From contig JAZDOG010000013.1 of assembly GCA_043798915.1 (NCBI GenBank), forward strand, positions 1-18,390: a stretch of 18,390 nt of DNA, given 5' to 3'. This DNA is from Pseudomonadota bacterium. GTDB lineage: Bacteria; UBA10199; 2-02-FULL-44-16; JAAZCA01. The notes under the pieces are model-generated. The model searched no databases. It was not told the DNA's origin and was given only the letters and a program-made list of their open reading frames with translations. The translations under genes and the position numbers were made by a program. Positions 15,663 through 18,390 of the stretch are shown here, in pieces (the first letter of the stretch is position 1; each line of letters begins with the position of its first letter).

Positions 15663-16235
15663 ATGTCAGTCAACGGCGTTCAACCGATAGCCACTTACGA
15701 CGGCACGAATCCCGCAACATTTAGTCCCAATGATCCGGGCACGGTTGCCGGGGGCAAGCCTGCCGACAAGAAAACGTCTCCAGTCGCAGGTTCGCAAGCG
15801 ATGATGAAAGAGGCGCTGGGGTGGGCATTCGGGAAGGCAACACAACAGATCGGAATGAACCTTCAGCCTCCGTTCAATGGAACCCCTCAAGCCCCGGCCA
15901 ATCAGCAGGTGGCCAAGGAGAAAGAGGGCGGCAACGATAAGGCAAAGCCTGGTATCACCATTGGGACAGCGCCCGAAAAAGAACCTGCGTCTCCCAAAGG
16001 CGCCCCTTCCGACGATAAGGCTGCGCCTGCCGAGCCACCTTATATAGCGCCGGGAGGGGAGGAGATAGTCAATCCAAATGGGCCCGCGCCCTATGCAAAA
16101 GATGTGATGGCAAGCATACCGGCCACGCAGCCAGCGGGTGAACTTGCCCAAATTACTGCTGACAACCACACACTGGCCGAGGTCACACCAGACCCGGACG
16201 CGGCCTTCTTCGCTACTCTATTGGGCCCGCAATAA
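15663..16235 (+). CDS. Hypothetical Pro/Ala/Gly-rich, probably largely disordered protein (190 aa, MSVNGVQP...)
   Basis: GGAGG at 15653-15657 favours the ATG at 15663 over the TTG at 15651. No recognisable domain, signal peptide or membrane helix. Confidence 0.75.
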   Translation: MSVNGVQPIATYDGTNPATFSPNDPGTVAGGKPADKKTSPVAGSQAMMKEALGWAFGKATQQIGMNLQPPFNGTPQAPANQQVAKEKEGGNDKAKPGITIGTAPEKEPASPKGAPSDDKAAPAEPPYIAPGGEEIVNPNGPAPYAKDVMASIPATQPAGELAQITADNHTLAEVTPDPDAAFFATLLGPQ

Positions 16236-16298
16236 GGCACGGATCAAACCTGATATTGCCCTTACGCTGTCAAGTCAGGGCGGCAAATACTGGTTATT

Positions 16299-16346
16299 AG
16301 AACCTATTCTTTAGACATTATTGTGTTGTAAAGAACCTATTCTTTA
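16299..16346. repeat. Exact 15-bp direct repeat AGAACCTATTCTTTA, two copies
   Basis: Copies at 16299-16313 and 16332-16346, a 33-bp period. Confidence 0.85.
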
Positions 16347-16400
16347 AACCACCTATCAGGGAGAGCAAAAAAGCACGGAGCAAACTCTTGTGTGTCGATG

Positions 16401-16465
16401 TGTTAAATATACTGACAGTTTAGTTGTCAAATATATTGACAGAAGGTGAGCGGAAAGCATATAAT
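16401..16465 (+). promoter_or_regulatory. Sigma70 promoter (TTGACA-N18-TATAAT) with two palindromic operators
   Basis: TTGACA at 16436-16441 and TATAAT at 16460-16465. Palindrome TGTCAA-ATATA-TTGACA at 16425-16441 and an imperfect copy TGTTAA-ATATA-CTGACA at 16401-16417. SD AAGGAGGA precedes 16490. Confidence 0.85.
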
Positions 16466-16489
16466 CTCTCCTGGAGATAAAGGAGGACT

Positions 16490-17275
16490 ATGATGCGGAA
16501 ACTTGCGGCGCATCTCAGGCAATTGAGAGAAAAAGCGAAGCTCTCGCAGGATTATGTGGCGGTGAAGATCGGCGTCTCGCGTCCGACCTATATTCAGATC
16601 GAAAAGGGTGAGAGAGAGCTGACGATTTCCGAGGCAGAAAAGCTCTCTGCCCTCTTCGGCCTTACGCTGGATGATTTTTTGCAGGCGAAAGAGCCGCCAT
16701 CTTCTCATGTGGTGATCGATAACCCTTCGAAGACCCCGAAAAAAGACTCCGGCATCCGCATCAGCGTGCCTCAGAAAAATCTGCGAAAATTTAAAGAGGT
16801 GCTTCTCTACATCCTTGAGAAGGTTGGCGCCAAGCCGAATATCGGCGAAACGGCTATCTACAAGCTTCTTTATTTTATTGATTTTGATTACTACGAGAAA
16901 TTCGAAGAGCAGCTGATCGGGGCGACGTATATGAAAAACAAATTCGGCCCGACGCCGATCGAGTTTGTAAAGATCGCCGATGACATGAAGAAGAAAAAGG
17001 AGATAGAGCAAGTGGCGAGCAAGTATTTCCAATACGAGCAGAAGAAATACCTGCCTCTCCGGCCGCCTGATCTTTCGGTTTTGAGTGCGCGCGAGATCTC
17101 GCATGTCGACGATGTCCTCGCTCGCCTCTCGGACAAGAGCGCAAAGGAGCTGAGCGACTATTCCCACGAGGATATGCCCTGGAGGGTTCATAAGGAGGGG
17201 GAGAAGATCAGCTATGAGAGCGTCTTCTATCGCGACTATGAACACTCCGTGAGAAGCTGCGACGATGAACTTTAA
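16490..17275 (+). CDS. XRE-family HTH fused to a Panacea (DUF4065/SocA-like) antitoxin domain
   Basis: N-terminal HTH (LSQDYVAVKIGVSRPTYIQIEKGERE); C-terminal KLLYFIDF, FGPTP and LSDYSHEDMPW motifs typical of DUF4065. Confidence 0.88.
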   Translation: MMRKLAAHLRQLREKAKLSQDYVAVKIGVSRPTYIQIEKGERELTISEAEKLSALFGLTLDDFLQAKEPPSSHVVIDNPSKTPKKDSGIRISVPQKNLRKFKEVLLYILEKVGAKPNIGETAIYKLLYFIDFDYYEKFEEQLIGATYMKNKFGPTPIEFVKIADDMKKKKEIEQVASKYFQYEQKKYLPLRPPDLSVLSAREISHVDDVLARLSDKSAKELSDYSHEDMPWRVHKEGEKISYESVFYRDYEHSVRSCDDEL

Positions 17276-17600
17276 TGAGACCGAGGGATTTGGCAAAGAC
17301 CTGAATCGTCTCACAAAGAAATATCGGTCTTTGCCCGATGATCTTGAGGAGTTCAAAAAGGTGGTGGCCGCGGTTCCTCTCGGCTCCAGCAAGCATTTCG
17401 CCGTTTTGCACAATCAGGGCGGTGTTCGGATCGTCAAGGCGCGGTTGTTCTGCAGGTATTTGAAAGGTTCGTCGGGCCTTCGCGTTATTTACGCGTACCA
17501 TGAGGGCATGCAGTCGATTGCGTTTATCGAACTGTATTTCAAGGGAGAACAGTTGAGAGAGGACGCGATGCGGATTCAGAGGTATCTTGATCGGGGTTGA
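17265..17600 (+). CDS. Putative RelE/ParE/HigB-superfamily toxin, 111 aa
   Basis: Overlaps the antitoxin stop by 11 nt. The pattern FGKDLNRLTKKY...KARL...KGSSGLRVIYAY...IELYFK fits a RelE/HigB fold. Confidence 0.75.
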   Translation: MNFNETEGFGKDLNRLTKKYRSLPDDLEEFKKVVAAVPLGSSKHFAVLHNQGGVRIVKARLFCRYLKGSSGLRVIYAYHEGMQSIAFIELYFKGEQLREDAMRIQRYLDRG

Positions 17601-17694
17601 GAAACGACTATGCCGTTTCCCTTCAGCTGAATCGATCCAGCATTAACCCGTCTTTAAAAATCATCCCAACCTATCGTAATCGTTAAACATATAT

Positions 17695-17725
17695 CCACGC
17701 AACTTTTACAGAAAATTGCCGATAA
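17695..17725 (+). promoter_or_regulatory. Putative sigma28-type promoter for a leaderless gene
   Basis: CCACGCAACTTTT...GCCGATAA (17718-17725), with the ATG 5 nt downstream and no SD. Confidence 0.65.
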
Positions 17726-17730
17726 CAATA

Positions 17731-18390
17731 ATGAAGTGCACATGGTCCGCAGCCAAGCTGGCCACGGCCCTTCGGCTGGGCGAGCCCACATTCATCGAGG
17801 ATTCATTCCATGATCTGCAGCTGGCCTACGGCACTCACGCCAGACACATGGAAGGCAACAGGCAGGCCCTCCAGTCGGTCTACGCCGACCGATACGCCAC
17901 GCTCATCCAGGCGGGGCTCCTGAATCATGCCGGCATTCGCGACGAAGTCATGATGGGCATCGAGGATGCGAAGAAAAACTGGGTTGCATCCTTCTCTGGC
18001 GATCCTGTCACACAGAATCTCATCGAAGCCGAGCATTCCTTCATGTTCACGCAGACCGGCTACGAGGATGTGCAGCGCCTCTATCGGTCGGCGCTGGCCG
18101 GCATGAAGGCAGACGATCCCCGGCGCGCGTTTGTGGAACAGAAGCTCGGCCAGACGCCTAAGCTCCAGCAGGCCTTTGAGAAGACGGCCGCGGAGCTGGC
18201 GACGCTGTCCCTCATCGGACAGATCTCCGATCTCCACAGTACCTCGGTCATGCAGGGCGCCGAGTCTGATTTTGTGCGGAAGAAGGAGGAATTTTTCGCT
18301 CAGGGCCGCCGGGCGCTCGCCGGCGAGATTCGCGGGCTCCTCGTTTCAGGCCGGGCAAAGAGCTCGAAGGAAGCGATCGACATCATCGAG
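17731..18390 (+). CDS. Hypothetical protein, 3' end beyond the window (MKCTWSAAKLATALRLGEPTFIEDSFHDLQLAYG...)
   Basis: My own translation gives 220 codons with no stop from the ATG at 17731 to the window end, with GC-rich third positions. It is missing from the supplied ORF track, presumably because it has no stop. Confidence 0.85.
   Translation, partial: MKCTWSAAKLATALRLGEPTFIEDSFHDLQLAYGTHARHMEGNRQALQSVYADRYATLIQAGLLNHAGIRDEVMMGIEDAKKNWVASFSGDPVTQNLIEAEHSFMFTQTGYEDVQRLYRSALAGMKADDPRRAFVEQKLGQTPKLQQAFEKTAAELATLSLIGQISDLHSTSVMQGAESDFVRKKEEFFAQGRRALAGEIRGLLVSGRAKSSKEAIDIIE

Noticed and set aside
16299..16441. CRISPR array
   Set aside because: Each repeat has only two copies, they are too short, and there are no cas genes.
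16427..17413. 328-aa minus-strand ORF
   Set aside because: It is antisense to the well-supported antitoxin-toxin pair.
17803..18237. 144-aa minus-strand ORF
   Set aside because: It is antisense to the longer open + frame starting at 17731, which has a promoter.

Overview
This is a GC-rich bacterial window. From left to right it holds: (1) structured non-coding DNA and a small GGQ release-factor-like gene (437..841); (2) a ~12 kb minus-strand tandem array of four paralogous large proteins (927, 741, 1529 and 679 aa); (3) the conserved dnaX-ybaB-recR operon; (4) a low-complexity orphan gene and a second orphan running off the right end, each behind a sigma28/FliA-like GCCGATAA box; and (5) between those two orphans, an XRE-Panacea (DUF4065) antitoxin plus RelE-like toxin pair with a consensus sigma70 promoter and palindromic operators. 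The array is the most unusual part. All four proteins share a 4-cysteine N-terminal domain with no signal peptide, one membrane helix, 1-3 copies of a helical plus histidine-kinase-derived (HATPase_c) module, a Gly/Ser/Pro linker and a conserved ~70-aa C-terminal tail (VAGVS...AAW...SH...GAExFxG...PxP). Only the 679-aa member looks like an intact kinase, and no response regulator lies in the window. Palindromic elements are inserted both between genes and in-frame inside proteins, including DnaX. All alignments were done by eye; no database searches were run.
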